Below, in pieces: positions 34,551 to 49,229 of a stretch of DNA of 64,000 nt. How positions within the stretch are numbered: the first letter of the stretch is position 1; the number at the start of each line of letters is the position of its first letter. Below the pieces are notes generated by a model. That model had not been told where the DNA came from, ran no database searches, and saw only the letters and a list, made by a program, of their open reading frames with translations. A program made the position numbers and the translations under genes. The stretch covers positions 385,181 to 449,180 of the forward strand of contig NW_003314365.1 of assembly GCF_000143415.4 (NCBI RefSeq), in the 5' to 3' direction. The stretch comes from Selaginella moellendorffii (Eukaryota > Plantae > Lycopodiophyta).

Positions 34551-37500
34551 ATTATCACATGGATATGATACAAGCATCACAATGATTTGAGCAATTGAGC
34601 AACACCATGAGCAATGCTTATATCATTACTTCAAAATTTTATGTGAATATTAAGTGTCAACTCGATTCGACAAAATGCAACATAAATGCCACACTCCACC
34701 GATAGAGATTTACAACACCGAACACCACTAACTTTTGTTCACAACACGGTCAAGCTCATGCCACTCTCTTTCCGACCAAACTCAAAATTAATCCAACACC
34801 AAACTACTCAAGGAGCAATAGCAAGGTTCCCCAGAAAAGAATTGAGCATTGCAACCCAAGTCTTCCAATAGCGAGCCTAGACAAAAATGGTATAGCGTTT
34901 CACCACTATCCATCCCTCAACTCACCATTTGTAAGACCATCATTTCCAATATGTATCAAGGTAGGGACTCTTGATTGCATACTATGAAAACGAGCAATGA
35001 GTCACACCTCGTTGCAAACCATCTCTCCAGAAGAGAAGATGATTTACGTGTTTGATCCTTCATCCCTAACGACTCTCTTTTTGGTCTCATCTTTGATTAA
35101 ACCTCAAGTTTGCTTTCGCACTGCTTTTAGTCCAATCCAAGAAAAGTTTATGAGAGAGCATGGCAATGATTACCTGAACCAATAGACTAATCCCTGTAGT
35201 CTTAATTGATCCACTTGTAATCATGCCTAGGAAGGATCCACTAGTGCCATGCTAAACAACTATGCACCAGCCTATTTGCCACTCATAGCAAACCCAGGGA
35301 AAGTTTACTTTCACCCATGGTACATGGAACAACTCATGGAACCACTGATAGGCTAACATTAATCCTGCCAACTCAAAGTGTAACCTCGAGTTGCTAATGT
35401 GCCTCACTCACGAGCCCAAGCGCAAACTCATATAAATGGAACAACTCACATAATTTGGAACAAAACGGTAACCAAATCCATACCCAAGGAACAAATGCGA
35501 AGCCTTTGTACCCAAACGTGTACCCACTCGGATCATCGTTTTCATCTTTGCGTATGCAACGAGACTAGTTGCCCAATCTCATTGGATAGTATCGCTGAAA
35601 CTCATCCTCTGATACCAAATGTAGTGTACGTGGTTTTTACCCTTTATCCTATGGTGATTTACCATAGGATAACACCACGAAGTGGAACCTAAACCCTCTT
35701 TGTGCTACGTGACAGATGCCACATGTCACATGCCATGTGTCCAAAGGAACGTGGTGTGGAACCCTCGGTTCAGGGCCTTGGGCCACTGAACGAAAGAACG
35801 ATGCCAAACTCCCAAACATGGAGCCAAGGAGTGATGGAACCGAACCACGGAGCAACTCCCGAGCATACAGCCCAAGGAGCAAAGGGACAGGAGCCCGGAG
35901 TGACTTGGAACAGTCCTAGAGCAACCAGCATCCTAATGCCAGGACCAGCATGCAAAATGGAGCCAAACAAAGTCTGGCGCTTTTTCGCAATACCGGTGGC
36001 CTAACGTGAGGATATGGGTATTCCACCAGCTAGCATGGAATGGAACTTGGGCTTAGACCCAAGCCGGACGCAGAACAAGGACAGGCATGCAAGCGGGAGC
36101 TAAACTATGCCTCAGGTTAGTCAGCCATGCCCGACCTACCCACTATCCCTACTATACATTTGAAACCCCCCACAACCCCTCCCCCCCCTTGAGGAACACA
36201 CGCTTTGGGCTTTCACCCCAAGCCTCCCTTAGTATCAGGAGTTAGTCTCTGGGACAAGCTCGAAACTTACTAAATATGGAATGTCCCTAGATTGCAAATT
36301 TGGACATGGGACAAACACCATTGTGTTTAGGACAATCTCTACATTCCGTAGATATGGCAAATGAGCAAATCTAGACACTTTCCATAAATAGCATTTGGGA
36401 CCAAAATGAGACTAACACAAAGGGCATGATAGCGAGGGTGTTTGGCAGACACGGTAAGCTATCATGTAGCAATATTGAGGGACCAATCTCAATACGCGAG
36501 GGTTCTTGTCAAGCCAGTGCAAGACAAAGCAAAAGAGAACTAAGAGCTAGGCCGAGTATGCTCAGCTAAAAACACATAGGAGTTCCTACCTTATGTCCAT
36601 CTGGCTAAGTACAGGTGCTAAGCCCAGTTTACTAACACTTGAACAAGAGGGGCTGATAAAGGGAACCAGCAATACTGACCTCCTGCCATCGCGGCAGTAA
36701 AGTAAGAGTGTTGTAAGCTCCTGAGTTTGGACTTCCCGGGAGGTCACCCAGCCCAGTACTATTCAAACCCAAGGACGCTTAACCCCAAATATCCCAAGAC
36801 CCTTAACCAATTGGAAAAGGGGGTGCACTCTTGTTCATGGGCCCTTTCCCTCTATATTTGAACCCCATGGACCGTCTCTCAAGTCGTTCTCTTTGGTTGC
36901 TTACAATCCACCACGCTTCCCTGCAAGTTCACGCCCTCGTGAACGGAAGCTGAGAGCCGCAGCTCTCCTGAGAGCCTCGCTCTCTTGACACCCTACCCCT
37001 CGGGTCGAGCCCAGCGGGAGCAAACTGGACCAGCCAGATGTCAATCAACATGTGGTGTGATTCCCTTAGCCAACCAACAGAGTCGGACCCGAGACCGCTC
37101 TGATACCAAATGTAAACTCCTGAGTTTGGACTTCCTGGGAGGTCACCCAGCCCAGTACTATTCAAACCCAAGGACGCTTAACTCCAACTATCCCAAGACC
37201 CTTAACCGATTGGAAAAGGGGGTGCACTCTTATTCATGGGCCCTTTCCCTCTATATTTGAACCCCTATGGACCGTCTCTCGAGTCGTTCCCTTTGGTTGC
37301 TTACAATCCACCACGCTTCCCTGCAAGTTCACGCCCTCGTGAACGGAAGCTGAGAGCCGCAGCTCTCCCGAGAGCCTCGCTCTCTTGACACCCTACCCCT
37401 CGGGTCGAGCCCAGCGGGAGCAAACTGGACCAGCCAGATGTCAATCAACATGTGGTGTGATTCCCTTAGCCAACCAACAGAGTTGGACCCGAGACCTCTC

Positions 37501-37764
37501 TGATACCAAATGTAAACTCCTGAGTTTGGACTTCCTGGGAGGTCACCCAGCCCAGTACTATTCAAACCCAAGGACGCTTAACTCCAACTATCCCAAGACC
37601 CTTAACCGATTGGAAAAGGGGGTGCACTCTTATTCATGGGCCCTTTCCCTCTATATTTGAACCCCTATGGACCGTCTCTCGAGTCGTTCCCTTTGGTTGC
37701 TTACAAGTGTCCGTAAGGACTAGCCGACAGGTAACTTTCGATACCTGAAGTCACATTCGCAACA
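34551..37764 (-). mobile_element. Older LTR retrotransposon (family C): internal leader plus 5' LTR
   Basis: PBS ctctgatacca followed by TG at 35620. The LTR shares sequence with 250-303. The right end is approximate. Confidence 0.7.
36712..37705 (-). mobile_element. Cassandra TRIM with three LTRs in tandem, each carrying a 5S rRNA-derived domain
   Basis: LTRs 36712-36905, 37111-37305 and 37511-37705; ~205-bp internal parts with tRNA-Met PBS and PPT; AGTGT TSD on both sides. The LTR core ggacttcc.gggaggtcacccagcccagtactattcaaacccaaggacgcttaac is the reverse complement of the 5S A/C-box region. Confidence 0.93.
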
Positions 37765-37784
37765 AGATAAAAGCAAGTAAGACT

Positions 37785-38552
37785 ATGGACATCAAGTGTG
37801 TAGAGGATGATTTATGTATTCCAATTTTTGTTCTTAATAGAACAAGTGTTTTAGATGCTTCTAATCTCGGCCAAGAAACATTTGTAGATGTGATTGGTAG
37901 TGTAATGTGGATTGGACAGACAAACATTTCTCCTAAGGATTCTGGAGCATTTATGAGAAGGAGGATTCTTTGTTTGAGTGATGAATTGGGCCACAGTATA
38001 GACATGTGTCTGTGGGATTCACAGGCCAAAGATGAAGGTTCAGAAATCAAGGAGAAACTTGGTCTAGGGGAGAGGCCTATTGTATGCGTGAAAAGTGGCC
38101 ACATTTCAGATTACAATGGCAAGTATATTTCAGTCACAGGTGGCTCTACCGATCCTGAATTAGAAGATGTCTCACGGCTGTGTGAATGGATGGTTGCTTG
38201 CTACGATACAACCAGTTTTGTCCATGTGACCAACTCTTCTTCTAAAGCAGTGATTTCTGGTACAAAGATAGTATCTGAGATGTTGTCTATCAACCTGAAG
38301 GTTTCCAAGTTCTCTGCTATTTTTCGTGTTATTGTGTCAGTGAAAGAAATCCAGACTGGTGACTTCTATTACCCAGCATGTGTGAAGGTTGTCAATGGAA
38401 GGCAATGTGGCAAGAAGGTTACTCATATATGGGCGGTTGCATTTGATGATGCTGCTAATAAAATTGTAGGGATGCTTGCATGTAAGCTGATGATTATACT
38501 GTTTTTTTTTTTGCTGCAATGGACTCTATTCAATCAAAGATGTACAATCTAA
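37785..38552 (+). pseudogene. RPA70/RPA1-like OB-fold fragment
   Basis: FVDVIGSV..LSDELGHSIDMCLWD..VKSGHISDYNGKYIS (OB fold) and FYYPAC..CGKKV (zinc-ribbon of DBD-C); internally deleted. Confidence 0.75.
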
Positions 38553-40039
38553 AGATTCATTGCAAGCTTGAGAGCTACAGAGATACAGAGAAATTGAAGT
38601 TTTTATAGTTGGACTTAGTCTTCAAAGAAAAAATGTGTGAGAAAACAAAAAGTATGTTTTATTTCTTTCTACTATTGTTTTTATAATTTGTTGTGTATGG
38701 TATCAGGTTTCTAAATATAAGCCAAGTTGGAGCTTTCAAAACTACTGTTGTGTAGAAGTTGATGAATATTTAAAACAATTTGTAATAATATAATTAGTTA
38801 CAAACGGTTTAAATTAACTAAGTATTGGGAAACATTGCTACAGAATAGATTTAATAAATATAATTTTGTTACATATAAATATGTGAATTAATAAATAATT
38901 TTAATAATTAAAATTATAATATTATCACTAAAATTATCAAAACTTATATATATAGCTTAATATTATAATTTAAATATTAGTACATAAACAAAAATTGTTT
39001 TCTAAAACTACAAGTCTATGATATAAATCATACCAGATATAGTAGGTCACATAGAGCAGAATACAAAATAATAATCACTACTGCTGCCACAATAGGCATC
39101 TATGTACATGTGTGATCTTTTAAAGCTTTATTTTCTTCCTCTTGTAGAATATCAGGTATTTGGATTTTCATTCATGAATTTTCATAATGAAAATTCAAAA
39201 TAAAATATTTCAAAATTGTTATATTAGATATTTTGAGAAAAAATAGTATGCATTTAAAACTTTATCAACCAGAACATGCTTCAGCAATGGATCTCAGATA
39301 TTTTATAAATTATAATATACAAGATAACTACTATGAAAATTAAATGATAAAATACTTGAGAAATAAAAAATTAGAATATCTAAATCTATTAACACCCCTG
39401 AAAGTGTTAAATACTTTAAAGAAATGGCATTTTAGAACAAATATAGTTTTTAAAAATTTTACATGATTCAATATTTTTCAATAACTTTATAAATATTTAT
39501 AATTCAACTCAGATTTATATTTAAATATCTGATTAAATAATTAGAAGGCCCTTTTACTCAAAACCATTACTTTATTATTATCTTTGGAATAAGATTTTTC
39601 TAATAAATATAATATTTTGTGTGCTCCCATAAAAGTGATTGGCTTTCATGCATTCTTATTCTTATCGGTTGCAACACAACCCAAGATTGGCTCAAAAACT
39701 TTAAAGCCCATGTTTGGTTGCTGAGATGTTACACCTTTGATTCAAAACAGTCTCTAATATTTTAGAATTTTTTTAAGAACATAGAGTTATTTATTAAAGA
39801 GAAAAATTAGAAGGCCCTTTACTAAAAATCCTTTACTTTACTATTACCTCTGAAATGAGTGAGTGGCACAAAACAATCTCTATAATTTACCTCTTGATTC
39901 AAAACAATCTCTATAATTCTAGAAAAATATTTGAAGAACACAGAGTGAGAAGGATGTAAGCCAGTCTACTGATCTGCCTCACATTTCTGTCTGCAGCTCC
40001 GACTTAAGGATACGTATGCACTTTCATTATTCAATCTAG

Positions 40040-42760
40040 ATATTAGCATGGAGGCTCCATTGGAATTTCAGTATAGAATGCATCTTTGGTTACCAAATAA
40101 AAACTACTTTTCAAACAAACAGAGTGAAGCTCTCCTTCACCAAGCTTTAAGGTGCAAAAATGCAGAAATGCGAGAGATTTGAGGCTGATATCGTCATTAA
40201 ACTTGTTTTTTATGAGCGCAAGAAGGCAATTCACACAGTCTGTGAATATTGTGCTCTCAGTTTCAGTAATGTGTTGAAAGTATCTCTGACAACCTTCTCT
40301 ACTGTTTCAAATACAAGATGGACAATGCCGCTATCTCTATCTGTTGCAGCAGTTGTAAAGAAATGTAATTGATAAAGGATTGATACCTTGACTCTGAAAA
40401 CTTTGTTACCATAAACGTAATTTTCCAGCCAGATTTCCCGCTGCACACCATTTGAGAGACACAACGGATGATAAATTCTTGTATTTCAACAGAGGCACTT
40501 CTCTCCATGATGATGACAAAAGGCCGCATAAACTGACTCTGGAAGTTGTAATTTGCAAGCTCTTCACGATCCATGAATTTCATCGCTAACTGCCGCAGAG
40601 AGTCCATGGCATACATAGCAACTGAGAAATTGCTTGAACAACAGTAACAAAATAGTCAGACAATGTATTCCACATCCTGCTCCAGACCAGCCTGATCTGA
40701 TTCATATTGAAGTGCCTATACAACAAGTGAGTGAATACGTCAAAATCAAATCACATACGAGATTTCCATAATTTTGGTGAGACTGAACACTCGTGGATCA
40801 GTAGGAGATCGCAGTTCATCCATGGACACTTTGCACAATGCTTTTACAAAGTCCACAATTCCTCCACTACTTAAGGCTTAACTTCGAGTAAAAATTTTGT
40901 TAGCTTCGTTTGAATCGATTTGACCAAGCAAAATGAGATTTGAAAAGAGATTACTCATTTTCTCTGCAGTGACTGCACCAGGTATTGGGCTCTGCCTGCC
41001 ACCAGTACTGTCGTATGGTCCTCGATGTGTAGCTAGAGCAGCAAGATGCAATCTTCCTTTTCTTTTTGGAGCAGTTGATAGCTTAGTATTTTCTGGATGA
41101 AAGTAGCATCATGAAGAGCCTCCGATGAGATAAAGCTGCTCAATCGTGAAACGCATGTAAGTACATGCTCCCATGCGTGCTGCAAATAATTTCCTTATTC
41201 ATTTGCAATATTTGGCCAGGGTAAGCACCATATGTCATCACACTAAATTTATCTTGATAGCATTCACGTTTTTCTACTTGATATCCACAGGAGAATGTAG
41301 CGATGTAAGCTTTGCAAGGAAGTCACAGAAGCATCCTGCTGTATTTGCATGCACATCACTGCAGTGATATGTATCGCATGCCTGAACCCTTCCAGGCACG
41401 GTGAAGTCACACCCTCGTCGTCTCTCTTGTCTAGTGGGACACTAAGCCCCGCATCCCCATGAAACTTCTACCATTGGCTTAAAAATTTCCATGTCTGTCG
41501 CAGCATAGTATGCAGATCTAGTAGAAAATGAAGGTAATGCTACCAAAACAATAAGGAAACAGTGAAGCTTACTCTGGTTTCTCAGCTTTTTCTTTGAGTT
41601 AATCTTGCATATAACGAATCACGTCTTCGCTGGACTCAAACAGCTTCTCTTCTTTGGGCTTTTGGATAACTATGTTCATGATGTTGTCAATCCCAGCAGG
41701 AAATTATTGTCCTTCCCAGCTGGTTTTGCGACTGGAATAACATTATCCGCTTTCATTTTAATTTCTTTGTTCACTATACGGTCGTATAGTCCTCCCATAA
41801 ACTCTTCAGGAAGATCCTTTCCATCTTCAATACCTCTGTTAGTTTTTATAAATGCAGCTTTAGACATCTGTAATAGCCCATGAGTGAGATCTTGGAAGGA
41901 AGTGGAAGCATTTGCTCATCTCATCTTTCACCATCGGATTACAGGTGCAATATCGCTCTGCAAATTTTTCCATTGTCCTATTTATCTTCTGATTCCCCAG
42001 GGAGACTGAATCCCATCAAGAATGTTCGTATCAACATGTCAAACTCCATATTATGACAGTTGGAGTCAACATAGGCGTGCATAAATGAAAACTCCTCTTT
42101 TTCACCCAGGTAATCCCTGATCAGGCCTTTGTTGAGACCTATGGTACTCAGGAGGAACTTGACAACCTCTTCAGGAATTTTCTCCACTTTCTTGGCTTTT
42201 ACAATGAAATCAATACCCTTGCAGGCTTCTGGTTGAATAATTTGATTCCTTCCTGCAGTGTAAAAAGCTTGTAATTGAATGCCCAGTCCTTCATGCATCC
42301 CTGGTGTATAAGGTGGAAAGTTACAGAAGAAATTCACAGCACTTGCATTTACAATGAAGCAGGGATAGAGATTACCTGAAGCTCAAGCTTGTGAACACGT
42401 CTTTGCTCAAAAGTAACTGCACTTTCAGTTGATGCTTGATCTGTTTCTAATGGTTCAGCCGACTTCTGTAGCAATAGCTCCTGCTGTGGATACGCTTGCA
42501 GCGTCCCAGTTTGCCGTTTTCCATGTCTGAGCTGTTGAAGTATGGAGGGTTCGAGGTGCCAAGTTGCTTCTCCATCCAATCTCCCATCGCCTTTAATATT
42601 CCTGACAAACACTTCATGGCAGTAAGCTTCAAGTTTGATAAACCTGCAATCCATACTGTTATCCCTGAGATTTCGCATGTTTGCCAGCAAAAATTCGTGC
42701 ATAATCTGCCATGGATGAAGCCCCCACTATGTAGAGAACAAGGACGAAATGCTGGTTGCT
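40040..42760 (-). pseudogene. BIG-type ARF guanine-nucleotide exchange factor (Sec7) fragment
   Basis: ILKAMGDWMEKQL; FEQRRVHKLELQ; GLNKGLIRDYLGEKEEF..MHAYVDS; FSLPGE; TNRGIEDGKDLPEEFMGGLYDRIV; MDSLRQLAMKFMDREELANYNFQ. Short introns, frameshifts and deletions. Confidence 0.88.
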
Positions 42761-42889
42761 ATCTTCCAAGGAGCGCCATAGCTCGATGAGAATGGATGCT
42801 GTATAAGCTGGCTTCTTTTTCTTCTCAGGAAGAACCTGTGCTGTGAGTTGTGAAAGAGGCTGGTACACTGGCTGGGACATAATTTCCCA

Positions 42890-43097
42890 GGAGAGAAATC
42901 TCATTGTTCCATTGCCCTAGCGTCACAAACAAAAATTTGAAGGTTGCCACTTATGCCATGTGTTTTAATCTAGGCTGTTGTTTGAAAGTCCTTAATTATC
43001 AACCGTCAGATTTTAAGTATATCCATAAATAATATTCTAAAAATGGAATAAAAGATGCCAGATGCCATATGCCAATAACACTTTTAAATAAAGGAGT
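42890..43097. repeat. Dispersed repeat, possibly a Helitron 5' end
   Basis: Related copies at ~51640-51845 (part of a ~300-bp tandem unit spanning 51545-52045) and, inverted, at ~53236-53330. Confidence 0.6.
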
Positions 43098-43098
43098 A

Positions 43099-43130
43099 CT
43101 AGCAAAAGTCCCAGCTACGCTGGGAGGATT
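43099..43130 (-). mobile_element. Helitron 3' terminus
   Basis: The minus strand reads cctCCCAGCgtaGCTGGGacttttgCTAG|T: a GC hairpin shortly before a CTAG end followed by T, next to a very AT-rich body. Confidence 0.65.
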
Positions 43131-46100
43131 GTGTTTATTTTTGATGTTTTAGTTATTTCAAAGAGTTATAATTGTAATTGTAATTTTTAACATAATCATT
43201 TGATAACATACATAGTTAAACATCTTTATATTTAAAATCCCTTCTACAATTGACTCTATCAGCAACACATATCATAACATAATAAATATAACTCATAATA
43301 TTATATTACATTTAAAACTCTATAAGTTGAGTGAAGTTTTGAATCTTCTATAAATGAAATTGCTCAATATGGGATCATATGTCCAGATGAGTCATTTAGA
43401 GATTAAGGTTTGGTAAATAATTTTTTCTATTATTTAAAATATATATAATTGATAAAAAATGTTTCATTCAGCTCTAAAATTTTTCCTCTTTATAAAATAA
43501 GTGTTACTTAAGTACACTAAAATATAATGATAATAAAAATAAATATTTAAAATTCATTTAAACTACATACATCTAAAATATAAACATTGTTATAGAGTTT
43601 AATTTTTAGATTGAAAGTTTTGGAATTGTATGATACTAAGTGAAAGATGTTACCTTTATGTGTTATATTTTATTTTAATAACTTTTAATATTTTATAATT
43701 ATTTATTTTATTTTAATTATTTTATTATAAAATCTATTTTTGATTTTACACTGGTAGCATCATGTACCTCATCATATACACATCACAAAAAAGCACCTTG
43801 AACTTAACTCCCAAAACATTTACACCTTGAAAAGATAAGATTATTTTTGAATCATCATTAAATTTAAATTTAAATTTTATTATTGCCATATATATGCTTA
43901 ATAAATATATTATTATTATATTATAATATTCTATATTATAATGTATATATAAAAAATTTAGTATCATGATTTTTATGATATTAAAATATTATAGAATAAG
44001 TTATTAATATCTTAACTTATAATTTATAATATAATTTTGTAACCAGAAGCCCATGCATGCATTGTCAAAGTGTGGAATACAAATAGATTTCCTATTCTAT
44101 CTACATGATCAACAAGAAAGAGATGTGACTCACTCTTATTGTCTAATGCTAGCTTGCAATAGTGCTGGCTGGATGGTGTCACCCTAATAACTTGGATATG
44201 AGCATACATCACTTTTTTTCTCCATGACAAGTTGGCACATTGTGGCAGCATTACATCTTGAATCTCTATCAAATCCTCATCACTATCAAGCTTCAAAAAA
44301 GCTAATCAGCTCATTACCCTGCCCTGAATTACCCTAATGCCTGGCTAGATAAAGAAAATATATCTTAGCCCACATATCAATGTAGTGTTCAATGGCCAGT
44401 CCCGCATGTAGAGCTTCTACATTGGAAACAATTTTCCAAAGATATTTGTCATCACAATGTTTGCTTTCCATTGAAAAAAATGCAAAGGAGAAGAACATGA
44501 TAATGCGTTGAGAGAGAAAAATACAAGAAACAACCTTGTGTTTCTTTCAGTTAGATTCACTGTTTGTTTCAGAGTTCACGTAAAAAAGGTTACTCACGAA
44601 AAGAATAGCAGATTGTATAATTTATGATGTTGAAGTACATCCACACTTTCATACTTCGCATTTATACATTTTTATAAGTACTTAAATTTATTCTCTAATA
44701 TAATATCTGCAGTCAAAAAAGTTATATGTGTATTAATACGAAATTATAATAGTGCATTAGTATTTGCATCAATAGGTGCAAACATTGAAGAGATTGCAGT
44801 AGGTGGCCCTTATTATTTTAAAATACATGGACAAGTTTATTATAATATTGGTTTATTCACAGTTATATATTTTAGATACCGCTCAAGCAGCAGAAATAAG
44901 TATGGTAAATAAGTATTGAAATAATAAAATCAGCAATATGATTTGTGATTTTTTGAGAACATTTGCTTGTGCTTCATCAGCATTTCACTTAACAAGTTTT
45001 TGTCAACTCATCCATGATGTTTTGCATTTTATCTAACACTTATTTTGCTTTTACTTTTGATTGTTGCCTACTTGACGGTTTGTTTGCATGGTTGGTTGTG
45101 TAGAATTTATTGTCTTTATCCATCTTCCTCTTGCCACTTTTTATGCTTAGAAACTTAATACATACATAGGTAAACTTCATGTTTAGTTAAGCATTAGTCC
45201 TTAATTCTTACCATCACATCTCACCATTGTGGAGTTATCATTCTCCATCTCTTCAAAAATTTGGAGAGGTATTGTTTGAATCAACCTAACTTCTTTTGAG
45301 CCATCCATCAAAACTCTTATTCAGTTTCTATATAATAGTTGTGCTAACAGTGCATATACACGTGACTTAGATAGAAAATAAAAAGATAGTTTGAATTCAA
45401 GTCTCGGCAATAATGAAGCTCCTACAAAGCACAGAACTCATATGCTCACATTTCACACACTTAAGCATATCCATCGCCACCTTTTGATCATCTCTCCAAG
45501 TCCTCGTGAACTTTACAGGCACTAAGCAGTCACTAAGAAGTGAATGACATTCTCTTGATGAACCTATCTGCATCTTGTATTAGTTTAGTTCTCTTGAGAA
45601 AGTCTGCCACAGTACATGCTCGTGTGATAAGTCCACATTATCCACATTCTCATTATCATCAGGATCATACAAGAGTGGAAGTGCCTGGAATTTAGAAGCA
45701 GAGAAAACATTGTTCAAGTTATTACTTTCTGATCATCCCCAGAGGAAATAAGTGAAGAGTTAGGCAGCACACTGAGTACAAGAGTCACCACATCTGTGAT
45801 CCATACGCCGCAAATAGTTGAGAACCGTATGGAACTGTTTGCAGGACTTTCCCAGAGGCTGATTATTCAAAGCCAATGTTGTTGTTGTCCTTGTGTTCTC
45901 CACCACATCATATGCAGGAAAGACAAAGACAAATAGGGATCATCATAACAATCTGCTTGAGGCTACCCCACCATCTGGAGATGATTCCAGTGGAGTGGTT
46001 CCATAAAGCTTCTCGATCTAGGCCCAAGAACATGTTATATTGAAATCCCTAGCAATGGCACTACCACAGAGAATGCTACCGCCCCAACTCCATGCTCAAG

Positions 46101-49100
46101 CCCTGGAAGAATGAGTCAAGCCCTATCTTCCGCCTGCTATGAGAGTTCTAAACAGCACGGGTGGGATTTTTTTTGGTGGGTTCCTCTTCGCAGTGAATGG
46201 ATTCTCTTTAGTGAGTGTGCAGTTCCATGTGCTGATATCAGTAGCACTAAAGAGGAGGAAAATTCTGTACTGGGACAGCGAGCATAACTGCGAGTGTGCG
46301 CTCATATTTACATGATTCTGAGTCTGCGCAAGCGTGGAATTTAAGTAAGCTTTTGCGAAAGTGACCGTGAGTGATATGGTGTAAGGTTTGTATTGCTTAC
46401 TTGTTGCTTAGTGCTTCAACAGGAATACCGGAGGAGAAGAGACATCTTGCGACAGGCCAACTATAGGCTCCATGGTTCATGTGGAGTACACAGCCTGATT
46501 ATGTAGAGGAGCTGTTGATATAAATGTAGAGAAGCAAGGTGACTTTGAGCTTGAACTGAGCAGTGGGCTTGTACTTGGCCTTCTCGACACATATGTTACT
46601 GTTATGTGTGTTGGTCAGAGTGCTCACTTAGAGCAAAGAGGGAAAGACATTTGCTATTTTTTGTAGCCAGTCAAGGGTAGGAGACACCTTATATAAAATG
46701 TAGTATTACAACACAAATACAATTGAATCTGGCACCACTTCACTTAATTTGTCCTCAGACATGTGATGCTGATAGTAATTGGATTTGTACAGCACCGTGT
46801 CCCTGTAGAGAAACGCATGGTCATCATTACCACTTCTAGAGCTGCTGCTCTGGATCACTGCCACCACGTTGAAGCTCACCTTGCCACTCAGAAATGACTC
46901 CAAAGTGATAGAGCAAACCAGGACCTCATCAATCTCTGCTGCTCCTGGGTGATGACGGACCCTGTAAGATCTTCATCCCTGTCCCTTGTGAGATCTTCGT
47001 CCCTGTCCCTCACACTGCCCTTCTCACCTGGCCGCTACGTACATGTGACTGATCCCAAACTGGTGGAGGATTCTCATGGCCTTGAGATCTTCTCACTGGT
47101 GATGCTGCTGCTGCTACTGCTGTGATTCCGACTCCAAATCTCCTCTCTCTCTCCAGCCACTGCTGTCGTTGATCAGATAGCGATATGTAGTGGTGCTTAA
47201 ATTTTGTATCCTGGATCCACACGAGAATGACGTGATAGCAAAGAGCAAGACTTACCTGTAGCATTAAGTCGACTCTACCATTGGGACTTCTAGATAGCCT
47301 TTCTGTCACCATACTGCCGTAAAAAACAAAACCATACCCCAACCGAAGAACTTCCTCTAGCTTTGATAGCAAAACTTACAAAGCACTATGTTTACCTGTA
47401 TCCCAAGATATTCACTGACTTTCTCCAAAAAGAATAGATATCAGAGGTTCCACTCTGTAATCAAGACGAAAGGATAAATGTAAACACTGCTAACACGGCA
47501 GTATATTGATACCTGTAAGCGACAGGATCATATGGGTGAAATATGTTCATCATTTGCCTGCATGCTGGCTTTTTTTCTTCAATGCCTTCATCTTCCCAGT
47601 ACTCCTGACCTGTTCTTTTGCAAACACATTCAATTTACCATGGGCTGGTAGTGGGAATTGCAAGAGGTATTGGTATGTAACATCATTGTCTAATCTGGGA
47701 ATTAGTGCTGTTGTTGCCATGGTTGAGGGACCTATTTGCCCTGAATTCAAGAGGCATGACAAACCTTCCTCTTGCTATAACAGTTCTTTGGCAATCAACG
47801 TTAAGAAAGCTAAGGCAATGATCAGGTAGGCAGTTTTTCTTTGAGGTTAATAGTAAATGGATTGATCCATGAAGTGTGCAATGGGTGCCGATGGTGATGG
47901 GATGACCAGGGTCTAGCACCACTTACCTCTATTCAATGTATCTCTTGCATTCTTCTTGATGCCCATACACAAGAATCAGTAGCATGAGTTCAACACCTAA
48001 AATAGTTAAATTGACATTCTTTTAGCAGGCAAAGCCCTCAATGGTGATTAGAGCTTAATTTTCCATTTCTTATGTAGAGTGTTATGCATGTCCCATCATC
48101 ATGAAGCTATTATCTACAAGTTTCTCAAGTTATATTTTCATCCAGCCTGACTTGGGCTCCAGATGTTTTCCTTTGGAGGCTGCATCTCCTCTGGGATTCA
48201 TAGCAGTCTTGAAGCTCTTTGACGATTCTGGGACTTCAAATGGAAGGCAAGCACTGCCTTTGCCACTGTCACTGTCTATTATACATGATGACCAGTTTCA
48301 GAGACTATGGCTAAGTTTCTGGACATGGAGATGTAGGAGAAGTTCCTAAGTGGTGATCATTGAAAATGTGGTCACTGGTACAGAAGTGACTGAAAAGCTG
48401 AAAAGAAGTAAACTCTGATCAACAGGCTATATGTAATGATTCTTGTGCACATAACGCATTTCAGCTTCTAAAGATGGTGATTTTCTTTTATGCATGTAAG
48501 AATGTTGCTTACAAACGATGAACTTGTAGCTTCTTGAATTCTTCTTTTATAATTTAAGTGTATTATTTGAGTGTGAGGTTGAGGAAGGCCGACAAAGTTT
48601 CTGGTTGGTGTCTCAGCATTTATTTTAATAGCTCCATTCATTCCATGTAATTTTTTTTTTGCGTTTTTGTGTATGCCCAAACACAAATGGTTCAGGTAAT
48701 AAGTTTCCATGACATGGAATAAATTTTAAGTTTGTCTTGTAGAAATCTCACATCACTTTATGTTCCATGTGACAGTTTTGATTGCTGCTGGCATGGAGGC
48801 TCAATGCTTTGCTTAGCCGGATGCAGCTCCACACGTGATGAAGTACACTCCAAAGCTGTCCTCGGATTTTCAGGACCAGGTCTGGACCTCGCTTTGTGAT
48901 CTGGTACGTTTGTTTGCAAGCAAAAATCAGGTTTGTATACAAACAATAATTTATTGAATGTTACCTCTTTCCGTTGAATCCACAACTATTTTCTTTGGCA
49001 TTATTTGTGAGTCTCAGTACCTCCAATCGCATCATTGTTGAAAATGTGGAAGCATCTAAAAGCAAAATAAAAAACGTTTATCCAGTTTAGAAAAGACAAA

Positions 49101-49229
49101 ATCATAAGAAAAGAAGAGGAGGCTGACCTGGTCTGCAGTGTAATCACCATTGTGTCACAGAAGTACAATTAAAGTGTAATCGTCCATTGTGTCCCAACTG
49201 TAGGAGTACAATTGACGACTCAAGCGTGA

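Noticed and set aside
36725-36790. Bona fide 5S rRNA genes
   Set aside because: Only the internal ~55-70 bp matches, and it is embedded in TG..CA LTRs with PBS, PPT and TSD, i.e. Cassandra.
44000-49100. Possible further exon fragments (also 56200-56500, 57300-57650, 61200-61560, 63500-63950)
   Set aside because: Some splice-like signals are present, but I could not recognise any protein family with confidence.
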